A DNA stretch of 64,000 nt, from contig JBHLMG010000006.1 in assembly GCA_048938385.1 (NCBI GenBank), positions 41,870 to 105,869 on the forward strand. The letters run 5' to 3'. Numbering within the stretch: position 1 is the first letter of the stretch; every line of letters begins with the position of its first letter. This document shows, in pieces, positions 38,214-48,493 of this stretch. Source of the DNA: Promethearchaeota archaeon (GTDB taxonomy: Archaea > Asgardarchaeota > Hermodarchaeia > Hermodarchaeales > Hermodarchaeaceae). The position numbers were made by a program, and so were the translations under genes. Below the pieces are notes generated by a model. That model was given only the letters and a program-made list of their open reading frames with translations. It had not been told where the DNA came from and made no database searches.

Positions 38214-41075
38214 CTAGAAGGTTTTGCCGCTTCGGCGGTTTGCCCATTTGTACACTTCCATTCCAGCGAGGGCGGGAAGCGAAAGGGCAAAGACAATGAG
38301 CCAGTCAAGTCCGGTGAGAGGATAGTAGTCGAAATTGATGTTTAAGTACGAAAGAATCATTGTTGCTTGAGGAATATACATCAATCCAAGGTGCATGAGA
38401 AATACAAAGGCAAGCATGAAATAAATGAACCAGAAACTTTCGTAGCGCATCGACCGATAGACAGACTGATTGATACGGCGGATGCTCAGGATCATCAAGG
38501 ATTCTGTTAAAAGCAGGACAGAAATCGTCATCACTTGGGCTTTGCTATAAAGCTCGATTATTTCTATGGGTGTTCCTGGGAACAGGTATGTTAGGGTGCC
38601 GAAAAAGGCAATGATTGCACTAACCGCAATGAGAATAGCGTTGATGATCAAATAACTACCTAGGCGTGGGGTCAGGATAGCTTCAGTATCACGGGGTTGT
38701 TCTTTCATGACGAATTTGGGGTGGCTATCAAAAACCAGAGCTAGACCTGGCCAGGAATGGCTAGAGATCGCAAGGAAAATGTGCTGCCAAGGCGTTAGAA
38801 ACCGAAAGCCAAGGAAAAAAGTGAGGAAGAAGATGATGGATTCAGCGACATTGATGGTGATGTAAAATAGAATCATTGCTCGGATTTTGTTAAACAGACC
38901 TCGTCCTTGACGAATGCCCTCGACGATGGAGGTATAGCTGTCATCTGCAATTATCATATCGGCAGCTTCTTTGGCGACATCGGTACCTGTAATGCCCATT
39001 GCGATTCCTACATCACTCATGCTGAGGGCGAGCGCGTCGTTTACACCATCACCTGTCACAGCGACGACGCGGTTGGTCGCTTTGAACCGTTCAACGATAA
39101 TTTGCTTGTCATCAGGGTCAACACGGGCAAAGACGCTTACTTTCCCGAAATTTTCGTTGCTTATATTTTTGATGGCTTCACCTTCAATGACGACATCGTC
39201 ATCATGGACAATTGCTAATTGACGACCAATGGTTTCAGCAGTCGCTGCGGCATCACCGGTAATCATGACTGTTTTAATGCCGGCTTCTGCAACTTCTTGA
39301 ACAGCCTCTCGAACTCCTTCCCGAGGCGGATCTAAAATTCCTACGAATCCCACATAGGTTAAGTCTTGCTCTACAGCTTCACGGAGAGTCGATCCGCGTC
39401 CTTTAGGTAATTCATCGAAGCGTCGAACTGCAAAGGACAGAACTCGGTAACCACCTGATGCGAATCCATTGGCATACTGCTGAATGTATTTGCTTTGTTT
39501 CTTAGTCAGGCGACGGTTGGTTCGATCATCCCCAATTTGGGTTGACCGCTCTAAGAGGACATCCGTTGCCCCTTTGATAAAGGCTACATAATCTCCTTCA
39601 GGGTGACGGAAGATTCGCGTCATCCGTTTCAGAGCGGAATCAAAGGGAAAATCATGAACCATCGGGTACGCCGAACGGAGACTACTTTCAGATACTCCAC
39701 TCTTCTCGAGTAACACTAACAACGCGGCTTCAGTAGGGTCTCCCACAGCCTTCCAAGAAACTAGGTCGCGTTCAATCTCTTCTCGTTCTAAGTGGGCATC
39801 GTTGTTTAGCCCCCCAATCCGGATGAGCAAAGAGAGTTGTTGATAGTCTTCAACATCAATGGGCTCTTCGGTGATGGATGTACCATTAACTTTGTCCTTG
39901 TTGACCAGATGGACGGTGCCGCTTGGAGTATATCCTGCTCCGGAAACATGAAAGAGGTTGGTTCCATCCCAGATGAGGTCGACCATCATTTCGCTACGGG
40001 TAAGAGTTCCAGTTTTATCGGTGCAAACGACGCTGACGCGCCCTAGGCTTTCTACCGCTGAGAGGTCGCTGACAATTACCCCTAATCCTGCCATCGCTAG
40101 CACCCCCGTTAATAGGATGATGGTGGTTAACAAGGGGATATTGATGGGAGCCACCGTCATTGCATTAATGATGGCTTCCATCGCTAATTCAGGGAGGGTT
40201 GGAAAGACACCGTCTACCGGTCGCGGAAAGAGTAGGTAAGAGCCAAAACCAACTATACCAAAGATGAGAGCCGCCGTGCCAAGATACAAAGCGAGTCGAT
40301 TGACTTTTCGCCTTAGTGGGATTTCACCTGTGTTAAGCGTCTCGAGACCTTCGCTTATCCCCCCAATTTCCGTAGACTCCCCAGTATTGGAAACAAGAAT
40401 GCGTCCAGATCCTGTTGCCACATGCGTCCCACGATACACCATACTTGTACGCTCATGGATTGGCGTTTCTTCAAGGAGAGCCGTTGTGATCACACTTTTT
40501 TCTACAGGTGCACTTTCGCCTGTTAAGGATGATTCGACAACCGATAGTTGGTTAGCTTCTATGAGTCTTCCATCTGCTGGTATTCGATCGCCTTGGGCTA
40601 GAACCAGCAGGTCACCAGGCACAACTTCGGAGGCATCAATTTCTTGCTTGAGTCCATCACGAAATACCACGATGGTGTCTGCTGTTAGGGATTGGAGGGC
40701 GGCGAGTTTCTTTTGCGCCCGATATTGCTGGACTATGGCGAGTACAGCGTTAAACGCGATGACCACGACCCAGATAAGCGCTTGCTCGGCCCCTGCGGCT
40801 TGGAAAAAAATGACCAATAGTGCCATCAACGCGATGGCAACGAGATAGATAAGGATTAATCCATTGAAAATTGGAGCTAGATAGACTCGCCAAAAAGATC
40901 CGCGGATATGGGGCAATTCATTACGCCCATAGATTTCAAGGCGTCTGAGAGCTTCAGCACCGGTTATCCCATGCGTCGTATCTGCTTCGAGTTGGGTTTG
41001 AAGTTGGGCTAGAGTCGTCGCATGAGGATGCTGAATGGGCACTGGTGTGATTTCGTGTTCTCCGCTGGTCGTCAT
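38214..41075 (-). CDS. P-type ATPase with P2A-like scaffold and non-canonical transport site
   Basis: PAD, LTGES, DKTGT, GDPTE, KGA, DPPR, MITGD, TGDGVND, about 10 TM helices; TM4 reads APINIP. Confidence 0.93.
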   Translation of the reverse strand: MTTSGEHEITPVPIQHPHATTLAQLQTQLEADTTHGITGAEALRRLEIYGRNELPHIRGSFWRVYLAPIFNGLILIYLVAIALMALLVIFFQAAGAEQALIWVVVIAFNAVLAIVQQYRAQKKLAALQSLTADTIVVFRDGLKQEIDASEVVPGDLLVLAQGDRIPADGRLIEANQLSVVESSLTGESAPVEKSVITTALLEETPIHERTSMVYRGTHVATGSGRILVSNTGESTEIGGISEGLETLNTGEIPLRRKVNRLALYLGTAALIFGIVGFGSYLLFPRPVDGVFPTLPELAMEAIINAMTVAPINIPLLTTIILLTGVLAMAGLGVIVSDLSAVESLGRVSVVCTDKTGTLTRSEMMVDLIWDGTNLFHVSGAGYTPSGTVHLVNKDKVNGTSITEEPIDVEDYQQLSLLIRIGGLNNDAHLEREEIERDLVSWKAVGDPTEAALLVLLEKSGVSESSLRSAYPMVHDFPFDSALKRMTRIFRHPEGDYVAFIKGATDVLLERSTQIGDDRTNRRLTKKQSKYIQQYANGFASGGYRVLSFAVRRFDELPKGRGSTLREAVEQDLTYVGFVGILDPPREGVREAVQEVAEAGIKTVMITGDAAATAETIGRQLAIVHDDDVVIEGEAIKNISNENFGKVSVFARVDPDDKQIIVERFKATNRVVAVTGDGVNDALALSMSDVGIAMGITGTDVAKEAADMIIADDSYTSIVEGIRQGRGLFNKIRAMILFYITINVAESIIFFLTFFLGFRFLTPWQHIFLAISSHSWPGLALVFDSHPKFVMKEQPRDTEAILTPRLGSYLIINAILIAVSAIIAFFGTLTYLFPGTPIEIIELYSKAQVMTISVLLLTESLMILSIRRINQSVYRSMRYESFWFIYFMLAFVFLMHLGLMYIPQATMILSYLNINFDYYPLTGLDWLIVFALSLPALAGMEVYKWANRRSGKTF

Positions 41076-41134
41076 GCGAGTGTCCCATAGGGTTTTGCAA
41101 CAACTTAGCTTAAAAGTGAATTGCGCTCTGCCAT

Positions 41135-43531
41135 TTAGTTTGAGGGGCGGTTATGTTCTCGCATTATATTAGCCATTTCTTGAAGGCGTTGATTGACTCT
41201 GGCAAAGATAGTGCCCTCGGGGAAAGACCCGTCAGCTTGACGATTGCCAGCTGGTACACCAGTGAGGAGTTCAATGCCTTCTTGGATGGTGTCTATTGAA
41301 TAGAGGTGGAATTTTCCGGCTTCAACGGCTTCGATGACTTCATCTTTGAGCATGAGGTTTTGCACATTAGCTTGGGGGATGAGAACACCTTGTTCACCCG
41401 TTAACCCCATTTCTTTACAGACAGCGAAGTAGCCTTCGATTTTTTGGTTCACACCGCCTATAGCTTGGACTTGACCGTGCTGATTAACTGAACCAGTCAC
41501 AGCAAAGCGTTGCTGAACCGGAGCTTCCGACAGAGCCGATAACATTGCGTAAAGCTCTGTGCTACTGGCACTATCGCCATCTACACCGCCATAACTTTGT
41601 TCAAAGACTAAACGGGCAGACAAACTCAAGGGTTTTTCTTGACCAAAGGTTTCATGGAGAAAGCCGGTCAAAATTTGAACGCCTTTGATTTGGAGAGGCC
41701 CACTGAGTTGGGCTTCGCGTTCGATATCAATGACCTGACCTTCGCGACCTGGGGCCACGGTGGCAGTTATTCGGGAGGGTTGGCCAAAGGTGAAGTCGCC
41801 CGTGGATAGAACGGAGAGTCCGTTAATTTGTCCAACCGCTTCACCTTCGGTGTCGATAAGAATTACACCTTTCTTGATGTATTCTCGGATCTTTTCAGCG
41901 TACATGTTGGAACGATAGTATCGTTCGTCCAAAGCTTGTTTGATATGGGTGAGTTCAATTTGTGGTTTCTTTTCGTTTTTTGCATAGAAGTTGGCTTCCC
42001 TTATGACATCGGAGATGACATCGAACCGTGTGGAGAGTTTGGCTTGGTCATCAGCAAGTCGGGAGCTGAAATCGACCACTTCGGCAATGGCTTCGACGGT
42101 TAAGGGTAGTAGACCTTCTTTGTTAGTCAAGGTACAAACGAAATCTCCATAAATTTTCACCGCGTCTTGTGTGCGGTTCATAGAGGTATCAAAGTCGGCT
42201 TTTACCTTGAAGAGTTCACGGAAATCAGGATCGAACTGGTAGAGTTGTTGGTACCAGAGGGGTTCGCCGATCAGAACGACTTTAATTTTTAGGGGAATGG
42301 GTTCGGGATGAAGGGTTTTGACGGAGAGAAAACCTAAGGCTTCATGAGCTTCTTCAATGATGATATGATCATGTTGGAGTGCTCGTTTCAAGGCGGGATA
42401 GGACGCTGGAGTGGTCAGTAATTCGCGTACTGGAATAACGATATAACCTCCGTTAGCGCGATGAAGTTCACCGGCACGAATCATGGTCGTGTCCGTGACT
42501 AAGGCTCCGAACCTGGGTTCTTTCTCGATACGTCCAAAGAGATTGTTATATGCAGCGTTGGTCACCGTGATGGTTGGAGCTCCTTCTTGCTCAGAATTAT
42601 CTACAATGAGATTGACTTGATAGCGTTGAGCGAAATCTTCAGGAGACGGAATTCGAAGCGCGAGGGTGGGAGGGAGTCCTTCTGGTTGTCGACCAATGAA
42701 CTGGTTAAGATTCTTAATGATATCTTGAGCCGTCTCGTGAATCCAGTTCACAACGGCTTCGTTATGTTTGAACTCCTCCTCGAGCTCATTAATTAAGGGC
42801 TCGAGGGTGAACTGGACTGCTTTTTCTTCCTGATCTCGTAAAACCTCTCGGAGTTCTCGCTCGAGGTTTCGGAGCTTACGAAAAGTTGCCCTGAGCTCCA
42901 TTTCCAAAGCGTTTCGGCGTTCCTCGATCTCTTTCCGAGCTTTAGGTTGAAGCTGCGCGACGATGTCCGGTGTCACGGGTTTTCCTTCAATAATCGGTAC
43001 CATGAGAAGCCCGGTTTGCGTACCTTGTAATACGAAGCCTGCATGTTGTGCTCTGTTTCGCATCTGCTCTGTGAGTTGGTCGCGTTGATCTTCAAAGGTA
43101 CGAGTTAATTCTTCTCGCTGTTTAGCGTATTCTTCGCTTTCTAACATCCGTTGAATCGAAGTTCGCGCTCCTTCAATGAACCGATCAATTTTCGTGACGA
43201 AAACCTTGCCCTGTCCTGCGGGAAACTGTAAGGCTTTCGGTTTGAATTGGTTAGCGTAGTTCGAGACATAACACCAATCCAATGGCAGAGGATCGTCCGC
43301 GGCAATTTCTTTGAGGAATCGCTCGGTTGCCGTAGTGCGGCCTGTTCCAGACATACCCGCGACATAGATGTTAAATCCCTTATCTGGGATCTCTAACCCG
43401 AATTGTAAAGCCTTCAAAGCCCGAGGTTGCCCCACCACGCCTTCCAGAATTGACAATTCATCACTGCTTTTACAAGCAAATTCTTTGGCTTCACAGTGAG
43501 CGCGAAGCTGTTGCGTATTTAATTTTGGCAA
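41135..43531 (-). CDS. Lon-like protease, LonC/YcbZ (AAA_32) type
   Basis: GQPRA, degenerate Walker A GMSGTGRTT, coiled-coil insert, GELHRANGG, GQINGLSV, FEQSYGGVDGDSASS (catalytic Ser), GGVNQKIEG (catalytic Lys); no TM insert. Confidence 0.92.
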   Translation of the reverse strand: MPKLNTQQLRAHCEAKEFACKSSDELSILEGVVGQPRALKALQFGLEIPDKGFNIYVAGMSGTGRTTATERFLKEIAADDPLPLDWCYVSNYANQFKPKALQFPAGQGKVFVTKIDRFIEGARTSIQRMLESEEYAKQREELTRTFEDQRDQLTEQMRNRAQHAGFVLQGTQTGLLMVPIIEGKPVTPDIVAQLQPKARKEIEERRNALEMELRATFRKLRNLERELREVLRDQEEKAVQFTLEPLINELEEEFKHNEAVVNWIHETAQDIIKNLNQFIGRQPEGLPPTLALRIPSPEDFAQRYQVNLIVDNSEQEGAPTITVTNAAYNNLFGRIEKEPRFGALVTDTTMIRAGELHRANGGYIVIPVRELLTTPASYPALKRALQHDHIIIEEAHEALGFLSVKTLHPEPIPLKIKVVLIGEPLWYQQLYQFDPDFRELFKVKADFDTSMNRTQDAVKIYGDFVCTLTNKEGLLPLTVEAIAEVVDFSSRLADDQAKLSTRFDVISDVIREANFYAKNEKKPQIELTHIKQALDERYYRSNMYAEKIREYIKKGVILIDTEGEAVGQINGLSVLSTGDFTFGQPSRITATVAPGREGQVIDIEREAQLSGPLQIKGVQILTGFLHETFGQEKPLSLSARLVFEQSYGGVDGDSASSTELYAMLSALSEAPVQQRFAVTGSVNQHGQVQAIGGVNQKIEGYFAVCKEMGLTGEQGVLIPQANVQNLMLKDEVIEAVEAGKFHLYSIDTIQEGIELLTGVPAGNRQADGSFPEGTIFARVNQRLQEMANIMREHNRPSN

Positions 43532-43635
43532 TGTAGTGCCTCCCCATCAGTATGTATCTTCTCTGCAAACCTGACTATTAAATAGCTTTGAGGATTTACA
43601 AACCGCTCCATGGAAATAGTGCTCAGAATTTATTA

Positions 43636-43651
43636 ATGGATTTAAATCCAT
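43636..43651. promoter_or_regulatory. Perfect 16-bp palindrome, probable operator in the divergent lon/aminotransferase promoter region
   Basis: ATGGATTTAAATCCAT is its own reverse complement and contains a TTTAAA box about 50 nt upstream of the aminotransferase start. Confidence 0.55.
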
Positions 43652-43696
43652 CAGGTTAAGTAATATCTGCAATAAATGCGAATGAGGTTGCTCTCG

Positions 43697-45046
43697 ATGG
43701 GAAAAATAGCAAAAGGGTTGAAAGTAGTTCAGCGAGATAAACAAGCGCTTGGTCAGGCACTTCGCCTAGCCTATTACCCAGTAGTCGCTGTTCATGCTCA
43801 GGGCTCCAAGGTATGGGATAAAGATGGAAATGAATACATTGATTTTCTGGGTGGTGCCGCAGCGCTTCCTATTGGTCACCGACATCCTGCCATCGTTGAG
43901 GCAATTAAAACACAAGCAGACCAACTAATTCATTACCCGCCCCTTTACGGATATCATGAACTAGCAGTCGAGTTAGCAGAGAAACTGAATCAGCTGCCAT
44001 CAGGAGATTTCAAAAAGAAGACGATTTATCAGCTCGCTGGTGCAGCGGCCATGGACCTCACAGTTAAACTGGTTAGAGTGGGAACCAGACGAACAAAGAT
44101 AATTGCTTTTCTCAAAGGCTATTATGGGGCGCTTTATGGTGCCTTATCTCTGAGTGCATTTTCAACAGTTCAACGTCGATATCTCGGACCTTTTCTTCCA
44201 GAAATATACCATGTCCCCTTCGCTGATTGTTATAGGTGCACCTTCAAACAAGAGTACCCTGATTGCGGCTTACTTTGTTTAGATTATTTAAAGAATGTAT
44301 TAAGGCATCTCGTGCCTCCTGAAGAAGTCGCAGCAATTATTACTGAACCAGTTGCATCAGATGGAGGCTATATATTCCCACCTGTTGAATGGCTAAAAGG
44401 CCTTGAAGAAATTTGCCGGCACCATAACATGCTCTTTGCACTTGATGAGATTCAAACGGGGTGCGGACGCTGCGGTTCATGGTTTATCTCAGAGCAATAT
44501 AACCTCACACCTGACCTTGTTGCTTTTGGTAAAGGATTTTCCGCTGGCGTTCCCTTGAGCGGGGTAATCGGCCGTGCCTCAGTTATGGATGAACTAAACC
44601 CGCCCTCCGCAATAGGTACAGGGATTGGCAACCCAATTGCCTGTGCGGTAGCTTTGGCAGTAATCGAAGTAATTGAAAAACAAGATCTTATCTCACAATG
44701 TAGAAAAATGGGGACCTATTTGAAGAAACGGTTTGAAGAAATGAAAGAGGAACACCCATTAATTGGGGATATTCGTGGTAAGGGGCTATTGATTGGCATC
44801 GACTTAGTCAAGGATCAACAGACACGAGAACCCGCACGATTAGAAGCCGCAAAAGTGTGCTGGCGGTCAGGAGAGCTCGGCCTTATCCTCACAACCCTTG
44901 GGGAGTCTGTTCTCCGAGTTTGCCCAGCATTTAATCTCAGCCAGGCAGAGGCGGATCGCGCGCTCGAGATTATCGATACTGCACTAGGAGATGTTGAGAG
45001 AGGAAAAGTCTCAGATAAAGCCGTCAGCGATCTCACCCCCTGGTAG
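43697..45046 (+). CDS. Class III PLP aminotransferase (GABA/ornithine omega-aminotransferase-like)
   Basis: DKDGNEYIDF, GHRHP, ITEPV, DEIQTGCGRCG, FGKG, DIRGKGL. Start ATG 43697. Confidence 0.92.
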   Translation: MGKIAKGLKVVQRDKQALGQALRLAYYPVVAVHAQGSKVWDKDGNEYIDFLGGAAALPIGHRHPAIVEAIKTQADQLIHYPPLYGYHELAVELAEKLNQLPSGDFKKKTIYQLAGAAAMDLTVKLVRVGTRRTKIIAFLKGYYGALYGALSLSAFSTVQRRYLGPFLPEIYHVPFADCYRCTFKQEYPDCGLLCLDYLKNVLRHLVPPEEVAAIITEPVASDGGYIFPPVEWLKGLEEICRHHNMLFALDEIQTGCGRCGSWFISEQYNLTPDLVAFGKGFSAGVPLSGVIGRASVMDELNPPSAIGTGIGNPIACAVALAVIEVIEKQDLISQCRKMGTYLKKRFEEMKEEHPLIGDIRGKGLLIGIDLVKDQQTREPARLEAAKVCWRSGELGLILTTLGESVLRVCPAFNLSQAEADRALEIIDTALGDVERGKVSDKAVSDLTPW

Positions 45047-45190
45047 GCTAACTACCAACAATCATGTGCAGGCACAAATTCTGAAAACAATAGGGCACCT
45101 CTTCACCAATAGGAGAAGAAGTGTTTGGCTTATTCATTGAACAATCCATGTAAATGTAGGGGACATATTACCTAAGTAAGAACAGCCGCA

Positions 45191-46531
45191 CTAGTCATCA
45201 TCTGTGAGCGGGGGAGGAATGAACACTTTCTTCTTGCCCCCACGAATTCTTCCGATCATGGTGCCCATAACCGATCCAGCGTAAGGCCATAAAACGGTGA
45301 TAAAGAAGAGCAAGAAATACGCGATGAAGAGGTTGAGATTTTGAGTAAGGAGTGCTTCAAACCAGCCTAACGAGGAGAGTACAGCGAAGGTCGTTGGAAA
45401 CATTGGCCAAACAAAATAGAAAAGACCGAAAAAGAGTGGTATAGTTACGACGAGATTGATTCCGAACGCCACCTTTTTTGATTTACCCCGACTGATGATT
45501 CCAGCAACAGCTCCAACAATCATTCCCACTAATAAAAGAAAGAAGTATTGCCCAAATTCTACATGCATGTAGCTAAGAGAAAGTAAATTGACGAAGGGAA
45601 TTATGTGCCAGGGAATGAGGTTCATCCAACTAACGAACAATGCGTAAGGTGGGGTGGTTACCCAATTACGTACAAACCGCGCGGTAGCTTGGAAATCTGC
45701 TAACCCAAGTCCAAAGACTAATTGACCGCCAACAGCTAGCCCCCGAACAAATGCAGCAGTTAGGAGCAACCCGAGGAAGATGAATATAACCAGGTAGTCC
45801 CCTCCTTTCATTTTAATTTCATGAAGGTAGGTGCGAGCCCTCAAGTTATAACCAAATCCTCGAGACTCGATAGCAGTAGCAATATCACGGGTTCTCCGCA
45901 TCGAATTAGCAATAGATGGAACCAACATTTTTGTTAAAAGCGCGGAGAAGCGTTTTGCAGGATTACGGAATTCGTATTCCCAGCCTCGTGCCTGCTGGGC
46001 TTCCTTAATTCGCCGGTTCTCATCAATTAAGACAGGAAGATAGCCAAGACCAATGCTTACAGCGAGCGCAAATTCTGGAGGAACACGTAACTTCGTGAGC
46101 GCAAGGATTAGATCACGAATTGGTGTAAGCATTAGTACCGTTCTAATCATCACTAAAATAATTAGGAATCTAAAGAGGGCTCCAATCCCCCATACTACTG
46201 ATTCAACTGTTATCGGAAAAAGCGGAGGAAAGGTCCAGAATATTAAGTAAAACATCACTAAGGGATCTGGAACTCGAACGGGAGGAAGAATAAGGTTAAA
46301 GATGAAATACATGACTGCAACGGGAAAGATTGATCGGATAAAACTCGCAATTTTACTCAGCGGAATCCGGGCTAGTTTGAGAATCAGTAATTCGAAGAAA
46401 AAGAGTGAAATTAGCCAAATTGGATCATTAAACCAAACAGACATAACAACAATAGCCATAGCCATGAAGATTTTTGTCCGTGGATCACGTCGGTGGAAAA
46501 AATCGTCTCCTGGAATATACTCAAAAGCCAT
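45191..46531 (-). CDS. ECF transporter transmembrane component T with C-terminal membrane extension
   Basis: HRRDPRTK, AQQARG and AIESRGF coupling motifs; ~180 additional hydrophobic residues at the C-terminus. Confidence 0.85.
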   Translation of the reverse strand: MAFEYIPGDDFFHRRDPRTKIFMAMAIVVMSVWFNDPIWLISLFFFELLILKLARIPLSKIASFIRSIFPVAVMYFIFNLILPPVRVPDPLVMFYLIFWTFPPLFPITVESVVWGIGALFRFLIILVMIRTVLMLTPIRDLILALTKLRVPPEFALAVSIGLGYLPVLIDENRRIKEAQQARGWEYEFRNPAKRFSALLTKMLVPSIANSMRRTRDIATAIESRGFGYNLRARTYLHEIKMKGGDYLVIFIFLGLLLTAAFVRGLAVGGQLVFGLGLADFQATARFVRNWVTTPPYALFVSWMNLIPWHIIPFVNLLSLSYMHVEFGQYFFLLLVGMIVGAVAGIISRGKSKKVAFGINLVVTIPLFFGLFYFVWPMFPTTFAVLSSLGWFEALLTQNLNLFIAYFLLFFITVLWPYAGSVMGTMIGRIRGGKKKVFIPPPLTDDD

Positions 46532-46542
46532 TTTTATCGCCC

Positions 46543-48264
46543 TCACATAAGCTTGGAAACAAATTGGAACATTTCATCAACATTCAACGCGTTAATTGGT
46601 AGCCCATACTTGTCTAGGGCTTGGCCAAACCGCGTAATTTGCGGGGGATGAATAAAACTTCGAGCGAGAACCTCCGATTGCGAGTATACCTCACGAACAG
46701 GACCATCCAAGAGAATCCGCCCATTACGGAGAACAATAATTCGGTTGCAGTACTCAGCGGCTAGGTTCATGTCGTGAGTGATGATGATAACCGTCTTGCC
46801 CGCTTTGTTTAGGCTTCGATAAAACTCCATCATTTCATTTCCTGTTCTAAAATCTTGACCTGTTGTTGGTTCATCAACAATGAGAACTTCTGGGCGCATG
46901 GCAAGAACCGAGGCAACAGCAAGTTTTTGTCTTTCGCCTTTGCTTAACGAGAAAGGTTTTTCGTCAAGTCGTTGATCAAACCCAAAGAGTTTGGCTACTT
47001 CGTCTCGGCGGCGTTCGATTTCTTCTTTATTGAGTTTAAGATTCTTTGGACCAAACTCCATTTCCTCTTTTACGGACTGACAACAAATTTGGAAATCTGG
47101 GTTTTGGAAAACATATCCCACCTGAGTAGATAGTTGAGCAATCGTTCTATCCTTCGTGTTTTCGCCCATCACCCATACATCGCCATAACTTGGCAAAAGA
47201 AGGCGGTTAAAGTGTTTGACTAGAGTGGTTTTTCCTGACCCGTTTTGCCCGATTATCCCCACGAAATCCCCAGCTTTAATGGAGAGATCGATGCCCCGGA
47301 GCGCATGGACTTCGCCCTCCTCGTAAACATGCCAGAGTGATTGCGTTCGTAGGATTTCCTCACCTAGACTAACCTCCTTTTTTTCCTCAATTAATACTGG
47401 TGCTCCATCTTGTTTTCGCAGAAGCGATTTGAATGTAGTGATTGCTTCATCTAGGGTGAGTGGGAGTTCAGAGCCAATACGATCACTATTAATTTTTGAG
47501 GCTAGAAGTGCAACCTGGGGCGGCTTAAGGCCTATCTTTTCCATTAGCTGCACATTATGTAATAACTCTCGTGGTGTCCCTTCGAGAATGATTTTTCCTT
47601 CGTTGAGGATGATTAAACGGTCAATAATAGGTAATAATTCTTCCATCTTATGTTCGACAATTAGCATTGTTTTCTTTTCTTCACGAACTATCGTAGTGAT
47701 CAAATCTAGCACTCGATGGCTTCCAATTGGGTCCAAGTTTGATGTGGGTTCATCAAGAACATAGATGTCTGGATGCATTGCCATGACTGCAGCGATTGCG
47801 CAAGCCTGTTGTTCTCCTCCTGAAAGGCGGTGGGGACTTGTACTAGCATAGCGATCAAGACGCACTAATTTTCTGAATTTTTCGACCCGCTCAATGATTT
47901 TATCTCGTGGGATACCATAATTTTCAGCGCCAAATGCGATCTCATCGTTTACTGTAGGCGCGATCAATTGCGCTGCAGGATCTTGAAAAAGTAAACCTAC
48001 ACGCTGAGACAAATATGCGATTGTGTTTTTTCGTGTGTCATGACCGTGAATAGCAACATTCCCCGTCATATTGCCGCGGAAGAAATGTGGAACAAGACCA
48101 TTCAGCATTTGGCACAAAGTGGTTTTTCCTGCGCCTGCAGGACCTGAAAGCATAACAATCTCACCAGGCTCGATTCGGAGATTGATGTTTTGAAGTGCGG
48201 CTTGTTCAGATCCTTGATAGGTAAAAGAAACATCCTCGATTACAATGTCTGGGATGCTTTCCAT
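46543..48264 (-). CDS. ECF transporter fused double ATPase (A-A')
   Basis: Two ABC domains: GPAGAGKTT/LSGGEQQ/DEPT and GQNGSGKTT/LSKGERQ/DEPTTGQD. Confidence 0.92.
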   Translation of the reverse strand: MESIPDIVIEDVSFTYQGSEQAALQNINLRIEPGEIVMLSGPAGAGKTTLCQMLNGLVPHFFRGNMTGNVAIHGHDTRKNTIAYLSQRVGLLFQDPAAQLIAPTVNDEIAFGAENYGIPRDKIIERVEKFRKLVRLDRYASTSPHRLSGGEQQACAIAAVMAMHPDIYVLDEPTSNLDPIGSHRVLDLITTIVREEKKTMLIVEHKMEELLPIIDRLIILNEGKIILEGTPRELLHNVQLMEKIGLKPPQVALLASKINSDRIGSELPLTLDEAITTFKSLLRKQDGAPVLIEEKKEVSLGEEILRTQSLWHVYEEGEVHALRGIDLSIKAGDFVGIIGQNGSGKTTLVKHFNRLLLPSYGDVWVMGENTKDRTIAQLSTQVGYVFQNPDFQICCQSVKEEMEFGPKNLKLNKEEIERRRDEVAKLFGFDQRLDEKPFSLSKGERQKLAVASVLAMRPEVLIVDEPTTGQDFRTGNEMMEFYRSLNKAGKTVIIITHDMNLAAEYCNRIIVLRNGRILLDGPVREVYSQSEVLARSFIHPPQITRFGQALDKYGLPINALNVDEMFQFVSKLM

Positions 48265-48431
48265 AAGCACCACATTTTCCGAGTTGGTAGCGGTCCATTA
48301 TTCGTTGAGATATATAGCTTTTTCATAGCAACAGTTTTTTTCATTAAGTAACCGCTACTTAGGTTAAAACATTGTAAAAATTCGATTTTAAAAGTGAAAT
48401 AACCGGAAAAAAGGGTAGTTTGACAACAGGA

Positions 48432-48453
48432 ACGGTCCTTTTTAAATGACCGT
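48432..48453. promoter_or_regulatory. Inverted repeat flanking a TATA-like box in the divergent ECF promoter region
   Basis: ACGGTC-CTTTTTAAAT-GACCGT. Confidence 0.5.
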
Positions 48454-48493
48454 CAATGTATAAATAATACTACTCGCCTTAACTCCCCATTCG

